Shown here: piece by piece, positions 23,836 to 40,000 of the stretch
Layout of the letters: every line of letters begins with the position of its first letter
Position numbering within the stretch: position 1 is the stretch's first letter
Translations under genes and position numbers: made by a program
Notes under the pieces: model-generated
What the model saw: the letters and a program-made list of their open reading frames with translations, nothing else
Told to the model about the DNA's origin: nothing
Database searches by the model: none
DNA from: Nemertoderma westbladi
Taxonomy: Eukaryota; Animalia; Xenacoelomorpha
Direction of reading: 5' to 3'
Assembly: GCA_032718475.1 (NCBI GenBank)
Contig: JAUCBJ010000109.1
Coordinates: 1-64,000 of the forward strand
DNA length: 64,000 nt

Positions 23836-23843
23836 GGGAGCGG
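23836..23843 (+). promoter_or_regulatory. Short polypurine-tract-like sequence GGGAGCGG abutting the 3' LTR
   Basis: Immediately 5' of TGTAAAA; identical at 1996-2003 in copy A. Confidence 0.65.
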
Positions 23844-25087
23844 TGTAAAAGCTTTTGCGTAATTAGCCGGTTATTATCCCCGTAAAGTACTCTGTGGTTG
23901 GTTTACCAGGCATAAAAAGGCCGTGTCCTTGCTGTACTGGTGTTTTGGAGGACATAAAAGCCATTTCTTCTGTATTTGTACTTTAGAGGACATAATCTGT
24001 AATTTCGTGACGTAAAAAGCTCGATACTCTTGAAAACAGTGTCGCTACCATGACGATGGCTAACGGCTGATATTGCCACGTTGCCCCATAGCCCTGCTTT
24101 CTGTATCTGCCAATAGGATTTGAGTTGGCTTTGATTTTGACCTATCACAGAGCTACTGAACTGAATTTTCCTATCTCACTGCTCTTTCTCTGTGTTGGAC
24201 GGGAGCTTCGTGGAATAAGGGTAGCTGGTATTCTTATAGTTATTCTTTTCAGTGTTGTTGGTGATTCTAAGCCAGGAAGAACGGCTTTGGAGTATTTTGT
24301 GCTTTTCTGCTTTAGCCCTACACTAGTAGGCTTAATTATAAGGACATATATCCGTTATCTGCATACTGCAGTACTGCATACACTGCATACTGTGTAACAC
24401 TGTGCATACTTTTATATTGTTATACTGCTATTTACTGTCAGTTCTTCATAATATGGTTGATGAATTATTATATTTGGAATAACGACAAATAACCCCGAAA
24501 ACCCAATATTCTTGATATACCGAAGGTAAGAGAGAAGGGTTACAGATAAATGATTGCGACCTATGTTGAGTGGTTTGAAGTGAATCTAATGTTATTTGAT
24601 AGACCCTACATGATTCGGTCCGTGTTCCTTTTATATGTGACTAAAATCAGTGAAGATCGGCAGATTAGTGTGCAGTATTGTGCAGCATTGTGTATGAGTG
24701 AGACTGATAACGAAGCATTTCCTAAAGAATGCGCCATATATGTGAATTGTAACTAAGCCATATCGTTGTGAGTAGTTTAAGTCATAACTCTGTTTATATA
24801 GATAGAGCGCCACGTCCTAAAGGAACTGTTAATATTTCCCGAAGGTGAATAATATTGTCAGAGATTATATAATACTGTCAGTCGAATAATACATTAGGCT
24901 TACATAGCAATACGATTAAGCTGTCGAAATCAATCTCCCGGGTATATCCAACGGGTGAATGATCGCGCACAGATTGGTTTCAACTAGTGTAGTGAATCAA
25001 ATACTTGTTAGAGGCTAAAGCGATTTATTATCTAGAAGACATCCTAATTTGGCGGGTTAAACTGCCAAAGGTCTGAAAGCGCGAACA
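23844..25087 (+). repeat. 3' LTR of copy B
   Basis: 1244 bp, near-identical to the 5' LTR. Confidence 0.97.
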
Positions 25088-28000
25088 TATGTAGATGTGG
25101 TGATTTACCTTACTACAGTAGTAATCCATCTAACAGCTATATAGATGTGGTGGCTTACCTTACTACAGTAGTACTCCATCACCAACTATGTAGATGTGGT
25201 GGTTTACCTTACTACAGTAGTACTCCATCAACAGCTATGTAGATGTGGTGGCTTACCTTACTACAGTAGTACTCCATCAACAGCTATGTAGATGTGGTGG
25301 TTTACATTACTACAGTAGTACTCCATCAACAGCTATGTAGATGTGGTGACTTACCTTACTACAGTAGTACTCCATCAACAGCTATGTAGATGTGGTGACT
25401 TACCTTACTACAGTAGTACTCTATCAACAGCTATGTAGATGTGGTGGCTTACCTTACTACAGTAGTACTCCATCAACAACTATGTACTTATGTAGATGTG
25501 GTGGCTTACCTTACTACAGTAGTACTCCATCAACAGCTATGTAGATGTGGTGATTTACCTTACTACAGTAGTACTCCATCTAACAGCTCTATAGATGTGG
25601 TGGCTTACCTTACTACAGTAGTACTCCATCACCAACTATGTAGACGTGGTGGCTTACCTTACTACAGTAGTACTCCATCAACAGCTATGTAGATGTGGTG
25701 GCTTACCTTACTACAGTAGTACTCCATCAACAGCTATGTAGATGTGGTGGTTTACATTACTACAGTAGTACTCCATCAACAGCTATGTAGATGTGGTGGT
25801 TTACCTGACTACAGTAGTACTCCATCACCAGCTATGTAGACGTGGTGGTTTACCTTACTACAGTAGTACTCCATCAACAGCTATGTATAGATGTGGTGAC
25901 TTGCCTTACTACAGTAGTACTCCATCTACAGCTATATGTAGATGTGGTGGTTTACCTTACTACAGTTAGTAGTACTCCACCTACAGCTATATGTAGATGT
26001 GGTGGCTTATCTTACTACAGTAGTACTCCATCAACAGCTATGTAGATGTGGTGGTTTACCTTACTACAGTAGTACTCCATCTACAGCTATATGTAGATGT
26101 GGTGGTTTACCTTACTACAGTAGTACTCCATCAACAGCTATGTAGATGTGGTGACTTACCTTACTACAGTAGTACTCCATCAACAGCTATGTAGATGTGG
26201 TGGCTTACCTTACTACAGTAGTACTCCATCAACAGCTATGTAGATGTGGTGGCTTACCTTACTACAGTAGTACTCCATCAACAGCTATGTAGATGTGGTG
26301 GTTTACCTTACTACAGTAGTACTCCATCAACAGCTATGTAGATGTGGTGGTTTACCTGACTACAGTAGTACTCCATCACCAGCTATGTAGACGTGGTGGT
26401 TTACCTTACTACAGTAGTACTCCATCAACAGCTATGTATAGATGTGGTGACTTGCCTTACTACAGTAGTACTCCATCTACAGCTATATGTAGATGTGGTG
26501 GTTTACCTTACTACAGTTAGTAGTACTCCACCTACAGCTATATGTAGATGTGGTGGCTTATCTTACTACAGTAGTACTCCATCAACAGCTATGTAGATGT
26601 GGTGGTTTACCTTACTACAGTAGTACTCCATCTTCAGCTATATGTAGATGTGGTGGTTTACCTTACTACAGTAGTACTCCATCAACAGCTATGTAGATGT
26701 GGTGACTTACCTTACTACAGTAGTACTCCATCAACAGCTATGTAGATGTGGTGGCTTACCTTACTACAGTAGTACTCCATCAACAGCTATGTAGATGTGG
26801 TGGTTTACCTTACTACAGTAGTACTCCATCAACAGCTATGTAGATGTGGTGGTTTACCTTACTACAGTAGTACTCCATCAACAGCTATGTAGATGTGGTG
26901 GTTTACCTTACTACAGTAGTACTCCATCAACAGCTATGTAGATGTGGTGGTTTACCTTACTACAGTAGTACTCCATCTACAGCTATGTAGATGTGGTGAC
27001 TTACCTTACTACAGTAGTACTCCATCAACAGCTATGTAGATGTGGTGGTTTACCTTACTACAGTAGTACTCCATCAACAGCTATGTAGATGTGGTGGTTT
27101 ACCTTACTACAGTAGTACTCCATCAACAGCTATGTAGATGTGGTGGTTTACCTGACTACAGTAGTACTCCATCACCAGCTATGTAGACGTGATGGTTTAC
27201 CTTACTACAGTAGTACTCCATCAACAGCTATGTATAGATATGGTGACTTGCCTTACTACAGTAGTACTCCATCTACAGCTATATGTAGATGTGGTGGTTT
27301 ACCTTACTACAGTAGTACTCCATCACCAGCTATGTAGACGTGGTGGTTTACCTTACTACAGTAGTACTCCATCAACAGCTATGTATAGATATGGTGACTT
27401 GCCTTACTACAGTAGTACTCCATCTACAGCTATATGTAGATGTGGTGGTTTACCTTACTACAGTAGTACTCCATCACCAGCTATGTAGACGTGGTGGTTT
27501 ACCTTACTACAGTAGTACTCCATCAACAGCTATGTATAGATGTGGTGACTTGCCTTACTACAGTAGTACTCCATCTACAGCTATGTAGATGTGGTGGTTT
27601 ACCTTACTACAGTAGTACTCAATCAACAGCTATGTATAGATGTGGTGACTTGCCTTACTACAGTAGTGCTCCATCTACAGCTATGTAGATGTGGTGGTTT
27701 ACCTTACTACAGTTAGTAGTACTCCACCTACAGCTATATGTAGATGTGGTGGCTTATCTTACTACAGTAGTACTCCATCAACAGCTATGTAGATGTGGTG
27801 GTTTACCTTACTACAGTAGTACTCCATCTACAGCTATATGTAGATGTGGTGGTTTACCTTACTACAGTAGTACTCCATCAACAGCTATGTAGATGTGGTG
27901 ACTTACCTTACTACAGTAGTACTCCATCAACAGCTATGTAGATGTGGTGGCTTACCTTACTACAGTAGTACTCCATCAACAGCTATGTAGATGTGGTGAC

Positions 28001-31000
28001 TTACCTTACTACAGTAGTACTCCATCAACAGCTATGTAGATGTGGTGGTTTACCTTACTACAGTAGTACTCCATCAACAGCTATGTAGATGTGGTGGTTT
28101 ACCTTACTACAGTAGTACTCCATCAACAGCATGTAGATGTGGTGACTTACCTTACTACAATGTGGTGGCTTACCTTACTACAGTAGTACTCCATCTACAG
28201 CTATGTAGATGTGGTGGTTTACCTTACTACAGTTAGTAGTACTCCATCTAAAGCTATATGTAGATGTGGTGGTTTACCCTACTACAGTAGTACTCCATCA
28301 ACAGCTATGTAGATGTGGTGACTTACCTTACTACAGTAGTACTCCATCAACAGCTATGTAGATGTAGTGGTTTACCTTACTACAGTAGTACTCCATCTAC
28401 AGCTATATGTAGATGTGGTGACTTACCTTACTACAGTAGTACTCCATCAACAGCTATGTAGATGTGGTGACTTACCTTACTACAGTAGTACTCCATCAAC
28501 AGCTATGTAGATGTGGTGACTTACCTCACTACAGTAGTACTCCATCAACAGCTATGTAGATGTGGTGGTTTACCTTACTACAGTAGTACTCCATCAACAG
28601 CTATGTAGATGTGGTGGTTTACCTTACTACAGTAGTACTCCATCAACAGCATGTAGATGTGGTGACTTACCTTACTACAATGTGGTGGCTTACCTTACTA
28701 CAGTAGTACTCCATCAACAGCTATGTAGATGTGGTGGTTTACCTTACTACAGTAGTACTCCATCTACAGCTATATGTAGATGTGGTGACTTACCTTACTA
28801 CAGTAGTACTCCATCAACAGCTATGTAGATGTGGTGACTTACCTTACTACAGTAGTACTCCATCAACAGCTATGTAGATGTGGTGGCTTACCTTACTACA
28901 GTAGTACTCCATCAACAGCTATGTAGATGTGGTGGCTTACCTTACTACAGTAGTACTCCATCAACAGCTATGTAGATGTGGTGGTTTACCTTACTACAGT
29001 AGTACTCCATCAACAGCTATGTAGATGTGGTGGTTTACCTGACTACAGTAGTACTCCATCACCAGCTATGTAGACGTGGTGGTTTACCTTACTACAGTAG
29101 TACTCCATCAACAGCTATGTATAGATGTGGTGACTTGCCTTACTACAGTAGTACTCCATCTACAGCTATATGTAGATGTGGTGGTTTACCTTACTACAGT
29201 TAGTAGTACTCCACCTACAGCTATATGTAGATGTGGTGGCTTATCTTACTACAGTAGTACTCCATCAACAGCTATGTAGATGTGGTGGTTTACCTTACTA
29301 CAGTAGTACTCCATCTACAGCTATATGTAGATGTGGTGGTTTACCTTACTACAGTAGTACTCCATCAACAGCTATGTAGATGTGGTGACTTACCTTACTA
29401 CAGTAGTACTCCATCAACAGCTATGTAGATGTGGTGGCTTACCTTACTACAGTAGTACTCCATCAACAGCTATGTAGATGTGGTGGTTTACCTTACTACA
29501 GTAGTACTCCATCAACAGCTATGTAGATGTGGTGGTTTACCTTACTACAGTAGTACTCCATCAACAGCTATGTAGATGTGGTGGTTTACCTTACTACAGT
29601 AGTACTCCATCAACAGCTATGTAGATGTGGTGGTTTACCTTACTACAGTAGTACTCCATCTACAGCTATGTAGATGTGGTGACTTACCTTACTACAGTAG
29701 TACTCCATCAACAGCTATGTAGATGTGGTGGTTTACCTTACTACAGTAGTACTCCATCAACAGCTATGTAGATGTGGTGGTTTACCTTACTACAGTAGTA
29801 CTCCATCAACAGCTATGTAGATGTGGTGGTTTACCTGACTACAGTAGTACTCCATCACCAGCTATGTAGACGTGATGGTTTACCTTACTACAGTAGTACT
29901 CCATCAACAGCTATGTATAGATATGGTGACTTGCCTTACTACAGTAGTACTCCATCTACAGCTATATGTAGATGTGGTGGTTTACCTTACTACAGTAGTA
30001 CTCCATCACCAGCTATGTAGACGTGGTGGTTTACCTTACTACAGTAGTACTCCATCAACAGCTATGTATAGATATGGTGACTTGCCTTACTACAGTAGTA
30101 CTCCATCTACAGCTATATGTAGATGTGGTGGTTTACCTTACTACAGTAGTACTCCATCACCAGCTATGTAGACGTGGTGGTTTACCTTACTACAGTAGTA
30201 CTCCATCAACAGCTATGTATAGATGTGGTGACTTGCCTTACTACAGTAGTACTCCATCTACAGCTATGTAGATGTGGTGGTTTACCTTACTACAGTAGTA
30301 CTCAATCAACAGCTATGTATAGATGTGGTGACTTGCCTTACTACAGTAGTGCTCCATCTACAGCTATGTAGATGTGGTGGTTTACCTTACTACAGTTAGT
30401 AGTACTCCACCTACAGCTATATGTAGATGTGGTGGCTTATCTTACTACAGTAGTACTCCATCAACAGCTATGTAGATGTGGTGGTTTACCTTACTACAGT
30501 AGTACTCCATCTACAGCTATATGTAGATGTGGTGGTTTACCTTACTACAGTAGTACTCCATCAACAGCTATGTAGATGTGGTGACTTACCTTACTACAGT
30601 AGTACTCCATCAACAGCTATGTAGATGTGGTGGCTTACCTTACTACAGTAGTACTCCATCAACAGCTATGTAGATGTGGTGACTTACCTTACTACAGTAG
30701 TACTCCATCAACAGCTATGTAGATGTGGTGGTTTACCTTACTACAGTAGTACTCCATCAACAGCTATGTAGATGTGGTGGTTTACCTTACTACAGTAGTA
30801 CTCCATCAACAGCATGTAGATGTGGTGACTTACCTTACTACAATGTGGTGGCTTACCTTACTACAGTAGTACTCCATCTACAGCTATGTAGATGTGGTGG
30901 TTTACCTTACTACAGTTAGTAGTACTCCATCTAAAGCTATATGTAGATGTGGTGGTTTACCCTACTACAGTAGTACTCCATCAACAGCTATGTAGATGTG

Positions 31001-34000
31001 GTGACTTACCTTACTACAGTAGTACTCCATCAACAGCTATGTAGATGTAGTGGTTTACCTTACTACAGTAGTACTCCATCTACAGCTATATGTAGATGTG
31101 GTGACTTACCTTACTACAGTAGTACTCCATCAACAGCTATGTAGATGTGGTGACTTACCTTACTACAGTAGTACTCCATCAACAGCTATGTAGATGTGGT
31201 GACTTACCTCACTACAGTAGTACTCCATCAACAGCTATGTAGATGTGGTGGTTTACCTTACTACAGTAGTACTCCATCAACAGCTATGTAGATGTGGTGG
31301 TTTACCTTACTACAGTAGTACTCCATCAACAGCATGTAGATGTGGTGACTTACCTTACTACAATGTGGTGGCTTACCTTACTACAGTAGTACTCCATCAA
31401 CAGCTATGTAGATGTGGTGGTTTAACTTACTACAGTAGTACTCCATCAACAGCTATGTAGATGTGGTGACTTACCTTACTACAATGTGGTGACTTACCTT
31501 ACTACAGTAGTACTCCATCAACAGCTATGTAGATGTGGTGGCTTACCTTACTACAGTTGTAGTACTCCATCAACAGCTATGTAGATGTGGTGGCTTACCT
31601 TACTACAGTTAGTAGTACTTCCATCAACAGCTATGTAGATGTGGTGGTTTAACTTACTACAGTAGTACTCCATCAACAGCTATGTAGATGCGGTGGCTTA
31701 CCTTACCACAGTAGTACTCCATCAACAGCTATGTAGATGTGGTGACTTACCTTACTACAGTAGTACTCCATCAACAGCTATGTAGATGTGGTGACTTACC
31801 TTACTACAGTAGTACTCCATCAACAGCTAGGTAGATGTGGTGGCTTACCTTACTACAGTTAGTAGTACTTCCATCAACAGCTATGTAGATGTAGTGGTTT
31901 AACTTACTACAGTAGTACTCCATCAACAGCTATGTAGATGCGGTGGCTTACCTTACCACAGTAGTACTCCATCAACAGCTATGTAGATGTGGTGACTTAC
32001 CTTACTACAGTAGTACTCCATCAACAGCTATGTAGATGTGGTGACTTACCTTACTACAGTAGTACTCCATCAACAGCTATGTAGATGTGGTGACTTACCT
32101 TACTACAGTAGTACTCCATCAACAGCTATGTAAATGTGGTGATTTACCTTACTACAGTAGTACTCCATCACCAGCTATGTAGACGTGGTGGTTTACCTTA
32201 CTACAGTAGTACTCCATCAACAGCTATGTATAGATATGGTGACTTGCCTTACTACAGTAGTACTCCATCTACAGCTATATGTAGATGTGGTGGTTTACCT
32301 TACTACAGTAGTACTCCATCACCAGCTATGTAGACGTGGTGGTTTACCTTACTACAGTAGTACTCCATCAACAGCTATGTATAGATGTGGTGACTTGCCT
32401 TACTACAGTAGTACTCCATCTACAGCTATGTAGATGTGGTGGTTTACCTTACTACAGTAGTACTCCATCAACAGCTATGTATAGATGTGGTGACTTGCCT
32501 TACTACAGTAGTACTCCATCTACAGCTATGTAGATGTGGTGGTTTACCTTACTACAGTTAGTAGTACTCCACCTACAGCTATATGTAGATGTGGTGGCTT
32601 ATCTTACTACAGTAGTACTCCATCAACAGCTATGTAGATGTGGTGGTTTACCTTACTACAGTAGTACTCCATCTACAGCTATATGTAGATGTGGTGGTTT
32701 ACCTTACTACAGTAGTACTCCATCAACAGCTATGTAGATGTGGTGACTTACCTTACTACAGTAGTACTCCATCAACAGCTATGTAGATGTGGTGGCTTAC
32801 CTTACTACAGTAGTACTCCATCAACAGCTATGTAGATGTAGTGACTTACCTTACTACAGTAGTACTCCATCAACAGCTATGTAGATGTGGTGGTTTACCT
32901 TACTACAGTAGTACTCCATCAACAGCTATGTAGATGTGGTGGTTTACCTTACTACAGTAGTACTCCATCAACAGCATGTAGATGTGGTGACTTACCTTAC
33001 TACAATGTGGTGGCTTACCTTACTACAGTAGTACTCCATCTACAGCTATGTAGATGTGGTGGTTTACCTTACTACAGTTAGTAGTACTCCATCTACAGCT
33101 ATATGTAGATGTGGTGGTTTACCCTACTACAGTAGTACTCCATCAACAGCTATGTAGATGTGGTGACTTACCTTACTACAGTAGTACTCCATCAACAGCT
33201 ATGTAGATGTAGTGGTTTACCTTACTACAGTAGTACTCCATCTACAGCTATATGTAGATGTGGTGACTTACCTTACTACAGTAGTACTCCATCAACAGCT
33301 ATGTAGATGTGGTGACTTACCTTACTACAGTAGTACTCCATCAACAGCTATGTAGATGTGGTGACTTACCTCACTACAGTAGTACTCCATCAACAGCTAT
33401 GTAGATGTGGTGGTTTACCTTACTACAGTAGTACTCCATCAACAGCTATGTAGATGTGGTGGTTTACCTTACTACAGTAGTACTCCATCAACAGCATGTA
33501 GATGTGGTGACTTACCTTACTACAATGTGGTGGCTTACCTTACTACAGTAGTACTCCATCAACAGCTATGTAGATGTGGTGGTTTAACTTACTACAGTAG
33601 TACTCCATCAACAGCTATGTAGATGTGGTGACTTACCTTACTACAATGTGGTGACTTACCTTACTACAGTAGTACTCCATCAACAGCTATGTAGATGTGG
33701 TGGCTTACCTTACTACAGTTGTAGTACTCCATCAACAGCTATGTAGATGTGGTGGCTTACCTTACTACAGTTAGTAGTACTTCCATCAACAGCTATGTAG
33801 ATGTGGTTGTTTAACTTACTACAGTAGTACTCCATCAACAGCTATGTAGATGCGGTGGCTTACCTTACCACAGTAGTACTCCATCAACAGCTATGTAGAT
33901 GTGGTGACTTACCTTACTACAGTAGTACTCCATCAACAGCTATGTAGATGTGGTGACGTACCTTACTACAGTAGTACTCCATCAACAGCTATGTAAATGT

Positions 34001-37000
34001 GGTGATTTACCTTACTACAGTAGTACTCCATCAACAGCTATGTAGATGTGGTGACTTACCTTACTACAGTAGTACTCCATCAACAGCTATGTAGATGTGG
34101 TGGCTTACCTTACTACAGTTAGTAGTACTTCCATCAACAGCTATGTAGATGTGGTGGTTTAACTTACTACAGTAGTACTCCATCAACAGCTATGTAGATG
34201 CGGTGGCTTACCTTACCACAGTAGTACTCCATCAACAGCTATGTAGATGTGGTGACTTACCTTACTACAGTAGTACTCCATCAACAGCTATGTAGATGTG
34301 GTGACTTACCTTACTACAGTAGTACTCCATCAACAGCTATGTAAATGTGGTGATTTACCTTACTACAGTAGTACTCCATCAACAGCTATGTAGATGTGGT
34401 GACTTACCTTACTATAGTAGTACTCCAACAACAGCTATGTAGATGCGGTGGCTTACCTTACCACAGTAGTACTCCATCAACAGCTATGTAGATGTGGTGG
34501 CTTACCTTACTACAGTAGTACTCCATCAACAGCTATGTAGATGTGGTGGCTTACCTAACTACAGTAGTACTCCATCAACAGCTATGTACTTATGTAGATG
34601 TCGTGGCTTACCTTACTACAGTAGTACTCCATCAACAGCTATGTAGATGTTGTGACTTACCTTACTACAGTAGTACTCCATCTAACAGCTATGTAGATGT
34701 GGTGGCTTACCTTACTACAGTAGTACTCCATCACCAGCTATGTAGATGTGGTGACTTACCTTACTACAGTAGTACTCCATCAACAGCTATGTAGATGTGG
34801 TGGCTTACCTTACTACAGTAGTACTCCATCAACAGCTATGTAGATGTGGTGACTTACCTTACTACAGTAGTACTCCATCTACAGCTATGTAGATGTGGTG
34901 GTTTACCTTACTACAGTTAGTAGTACTCCATCTACAGCTATATGTAGATGTGGTGGTTTACCCTACTACAGTAGTACTCCATCAACAGCTATGTAGATGT
35001 GGTGACTTACCTTACTACAGTAGTACTCCATCAACAGCTATGTAGATGTAGTGGTTTACCTTACTACAGTAGTACTCCATCTACAGCTATATGTAGATGT
35101 GGTGACTTACCTTACTACAGTAGTACTCCATCAACAGCTATGTAGATGTGGTGACTTACCTTACTACAGTAGTACTCCATCAACAGCTATGTAGATGTGG
35201 TGACTTACCTTACTACAGTAGTACTCCATCAACAGCTATGTAGATGTGGTGACTTACCTCACTACAGTAGTACTCCATCAACAGCTATGTAGATATGGTG
35301 GTTTACCTTACTACAGTAGTACTCCATCAACAGCTATGTAGATGTGGTGGTTTACCTTACTACAGTAGTACTCCATCAACAGCATGTAGATGTGGTGACT
35401 TACCTTACTACAATGTGGTGGCTTACCTTACTACAGTAGTACTCCATCAACAGCTATGTAGATGTGGTGGTTTAACTTACTACAGTAGTACTCCATCAAC
35501 AGCTATGTAGATGTGGTGACTTACCTTACTACAATGTGGTGACTTACCTTACTACAGTAGTACTCCATCAACAGCTATGTAGATGTGGTGGCTTACCTTA
35601 CTACAGTTGTAGTACTCCATCAACAGCTATGTAGATGTGGTGGCTTACCTTACTACAGTTAGTAGTACTTCCATCAACAGCTATGTAGATGTGGTGGTTT
35701 AACTTACTACAGTAGTACTCCATCAACAGCTATGTAGATGCGGTGGCTTACCTTACCACAGTAGTACTCCATCAACAGCTATGTAGATGTGGTGACTTAC
35801 CTTACTACAGTAGTACTCCATCAACAGCTATGTAGATGTGGTGACTTACCTTACTACAGTAGTACTCCATCAACAGCTATGTAAATGTGGTGATTTACCT
35901 TACTACAGTAGTACTCCATCAACAGCTATGTAGATGTGGTGACTTACCTTACTACAGTAGTACTCCATCAACAGCTATGTAGATGTGGTGGCTTACCTTA
36001 CTACAGTTAGTAGTACTTCCATCAACAGCTATGTAGATGTGGTGGTTTAACTTACTACAGTAGTACTCCATCAACAGCTATGTAGATGCGGTGGCTTACC
36101 TTACCACAGTAGTACTCCATCAACAGCTATGTAGATGTGGTGACTTACCTTACTACAGTAGTACTCCATCAACAGCTATGTAGATGTGGTGACTTACCTT
36201 ACTACAGTAGTACTCCATCAACAGCTATGTAAATGTGGTGATTTACCTTACTACAGTAGTACTCCATCAACAGCTATGTAGATGTGGTGACTTACCTTAC
36301 TATAGTAGTACTCCAACAACAGCTATGTCGATGCGGTGGCTTACCTTACCACAGTAGTACTCCATCAACAGCTATGTAGATGTGGTGGCTTACCTTACTA
36401 CAGTAGTACTCCATCAACAGCTATGTAGATGTGGTGGCTTACCTAACTACAGTAGTACTCCATCAACAGCTATGTACTTATGTAGATATCGTGGCTTACC
36501 TTACTACAGTAGTACTCCATCAACAGCTATGTAGATGTTGTGACTTACCTTACTACAGTAGTACTCCATCTAACAGCTATGTAGATGTGGTGGCTTACCT
36601 TACTACAGTAGTACTCCATCACCAGCTATGTAGACGTGGTGGCTTACCTTACTACAGTAGTACTCCATCAACAGCTATGTAGATGTGGTGGTTTACCTTA
36701 ATACAGTAGTACTCCATCACCAACTATGTAGATGTGGTGACTTACCTTACTACAGTAGTACTCCATCAACAGCTATGTAGATGTGGTGGTTTACCTTACT
36801 ACAGTAGTACTCCATCACCAACTATGTAGATGTGGTGACTTACCTTACTACAGTAGCACTCCATCAACAGCTATGTAGATGTGGTGACTTACCTTACTAC
36901 AGTAGTACTCCATCTACAGCTATATGTAGATGTGGTGGTTTACCTTACTACAGTAGTACTCCATCAACAGCTATGTAGATGTGGTGACTTACCTTACTAC

Positions 37001-40000
37001 AGTAGTAGATGTGGTGGTTTACCTTACCACAGTAGTACTCCATCAACAGCTATGTAGGTAGATGTGGTGACTTATCTTACTACAGTAGTACTCCATCAAC
37101 AGCTATGTAGATGTGGTGGCTTACCTTACTACAGTAGTACTCCATCAACAGCTATGTAGATGTGGTGACTTACCTTACTACAGTAGTACTCCATCAACAG
37201 CTATGTAGATGTGGTGGCTTACCTTACTACAGTAGTACTCCATCAACACCTATGTACTTATGTAGATGTGGTGGCTTACCTTACTACAGTAGTACTCCAT
37301 CAACAGCTATGTAGATGTGGTGATTTACCTTACTACAGTAGTAATCCATCTAACAGCTATATAGATGTGGTGGCTTACCTTACTACAGTAGTACTCCATC
37401 ACCAACTATGTAGATGTGGTGATTTACCTTACTACAGTAGTACTCCATCAACAGCTATGTAGATGTGGTGGCTTACCTTACTACAGTAGTACTCCATCAA
37501 CAGCTATGTAGATGTGGTGGTTTACATTACTACAGTAGTACTCCATCAACAGCTATGTAGATGTGGTGACTTACCTTACTACAGTAGTACTCCATCAACA
37601 GCTATGTAGATGTGGTGACTTACCTTACTACAGTAGTACTCTATCAACAGCTATGTAGATGTGGTGGCTTACCTTACTACAGTAGTACTCCATCAACAAC
37701 TATGTACTTATGTAGATGTGGTGGCTTACCTTACTACAGTAGTACTCCATCAACAGCTATGTAGATGTGGTGATTTACCTTACTACAGTAGTACTCCATC
37801 TAACAGCTCTATAGATGTGGTGGCTTACCTTACTACAGTAGTACTCCATCACCAACTATGTAGACGTGGTGGCTTACCTTACTACAGTAGTACTCCATCA
37901 ACAGCTATGTAGATGTGGTGGCTTACCTTACTACAGTAGTACTCCATCAACAGCTATGTAGATGTGGTGGTTTACATTACTACAGTAGTACTCCATCAAC
38001 AGCTATGTAGATGTGGTGGTTTACCTGACTACAGTAGTACTCCATCACCAGCTATGTAGACGTGGTGGTTTACCTTACTACAGTAGTACTCCATCAACAG
38101 CTATGTATAGATGTGGTGACTTGCCTTACTACAGTAGTACTCCATCTACAGCTATATGTAGATGTGGTGGTTTACCTTACTACAGTTAGTAGTACTCCAC
38201 CTACAGCTATATGTAGATGTGGTGGCTTATCTTATTACAGTAGTACTCCATCAACAGCTATGTAGATGTGGTGGTTTACCTTACTACAGTAGTACTCCAT
38301 CTACAGCTATATGTAGATGTGGTGGTTTACCTTACTACAGTAGTACTCCATCAACAGCTATGTAGATGTGGTGACTTACCTTACTACAGTAGTACTCCAT
38401 CAACAGCTATGTAGATGTGGTGGCTTACCTTACTACAGTAGTACTCCATCAACAGCTATGTAGATGTGGTGACTTACCTTACTACAGTAGTACTCCATCA
38501 ACAGCTATGTAGATGTGGTGGTTTACCTTACTACAGTAGTACTCCATCAACAGCTATGTAGATGTGGTGGTTTACCTTACTACAGTAGTACTCCATCAAC
38601 AGCTATGTAGATGTGGTGGTTTACCTTACTACAGTAGTACTCCATCAACAGCTATGTAGATGTGGTGGTTTACCTTACTACAGTAGTACTCCATCTACAG
38701 CTATGTAGATGTGGTGACTTACCTTACTACAGTAGTACTCCATCAACAGCTATGTAGATGTGGTGGTTTACCTTACTACAGTAGTACTCCATCAACAGCT
38801 ATGTAGATGTGGTGGTTTACCTTACTACAGTAGTACTCCATCAACAGCTATGTAGATGTGGTGGTTTACCTGACTACAGTAGTACTCCATCACCAGCTAT
38901 GTAGACGTGGTGGTTTACCTTACTACAGTAGTACGCCATCAACAGCTATGTATAGATATGGTGACTTGCCTTACTACAGTAGTACTCCATCTACAGCTAT
39001 ATGTAGATGTGGTGGTTTACCTTACTACAGTAGTACTCCATCACCAGCTATGTAGACGTGGTGGTTTACCTTACTACAGTAGTACTCCATCAACAGCTAT
39101 GTATAGATATGGTGACTTGCCTTACTACAGTAGTACTCCATCTACAGCTATATGTAGATGTGGTGGTTTACCTTACTACAGTAGTACTCCATCACCAGCT
39201 ATGTAGACGTGGTGGTTTACCTTACTACAGTAGTACTCCATCAACAGCTATGTATAGATGTGGTGACTTGCCTTACTACAGTAGTACTCCATCTACAGCT
39301 ATGTAGATGTGGTGGTTTACCTTACTACAGTAGTACTCCATCAACAGCTATGTATAGATGTGGTGACTTGCCTTACTACAGTAGTACTCCATCTACAGCT
39401 ATGTAGATGTGGTGGTTTACCTTACTACAGTTAGTAGTACTCCACCTACAGCTATATGTAGATGTGGTGGCTTATCTTACTACAGTAGTACTCCATAAAC
39501 AGCTATGTAGATGTGGTGGTTTACCTTACTACAGTAGTACTCCATCTACAGCTATATGTAGATGTGGTGGTTTACCTTACTACAGTAGTACTCCATCAAC
39601 AGCTATGTAGATGTGGTGACTTACCTTACTACAGTAGTACTCCATCAACAGCTATGTAGATGTGGTGGCTTACCTTACTACAGTAGTACTCCATCAACAG
39701 CTATGTAGATGTGGTGACTTACCTTACTACAGTAGTACTCCATCAACAGCTATGTAGATGTGGTGGTTTACCTTACTACAGTAGTAGATGTGGTGGTTTA
39801 CCTTACCACAGTAGTACTCCATCAACAGCTATGTAGGTAGATGTGGTGACTTATCTTACTACAGTAGTACTCCATCAACAGCTATGTAGATGTGGTGGCT
39901 TACCTTACTACAGTAGTACTCCATCAACAGCTATGTAGATGTGGTGACTTACCTTACTACAGTAGTACTCCATCAACAGCTATGTAGATGTGGTGGCTTA

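Larger units (their letters stand above)
13614..25087 (+). mobile_element. BEL/Pao LTR retrotransposon with both LTRs, internally deleted and non-autonomous (copy B, 11,474 bp), antisense to the host gene
   Basis: Two 1244-bp LTRs (TGT...ACA). TATGT target duplication at 13609-13613 and 25088-25092. BEL-type triple zinc knuckle and protease. Confidence 0.95.
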
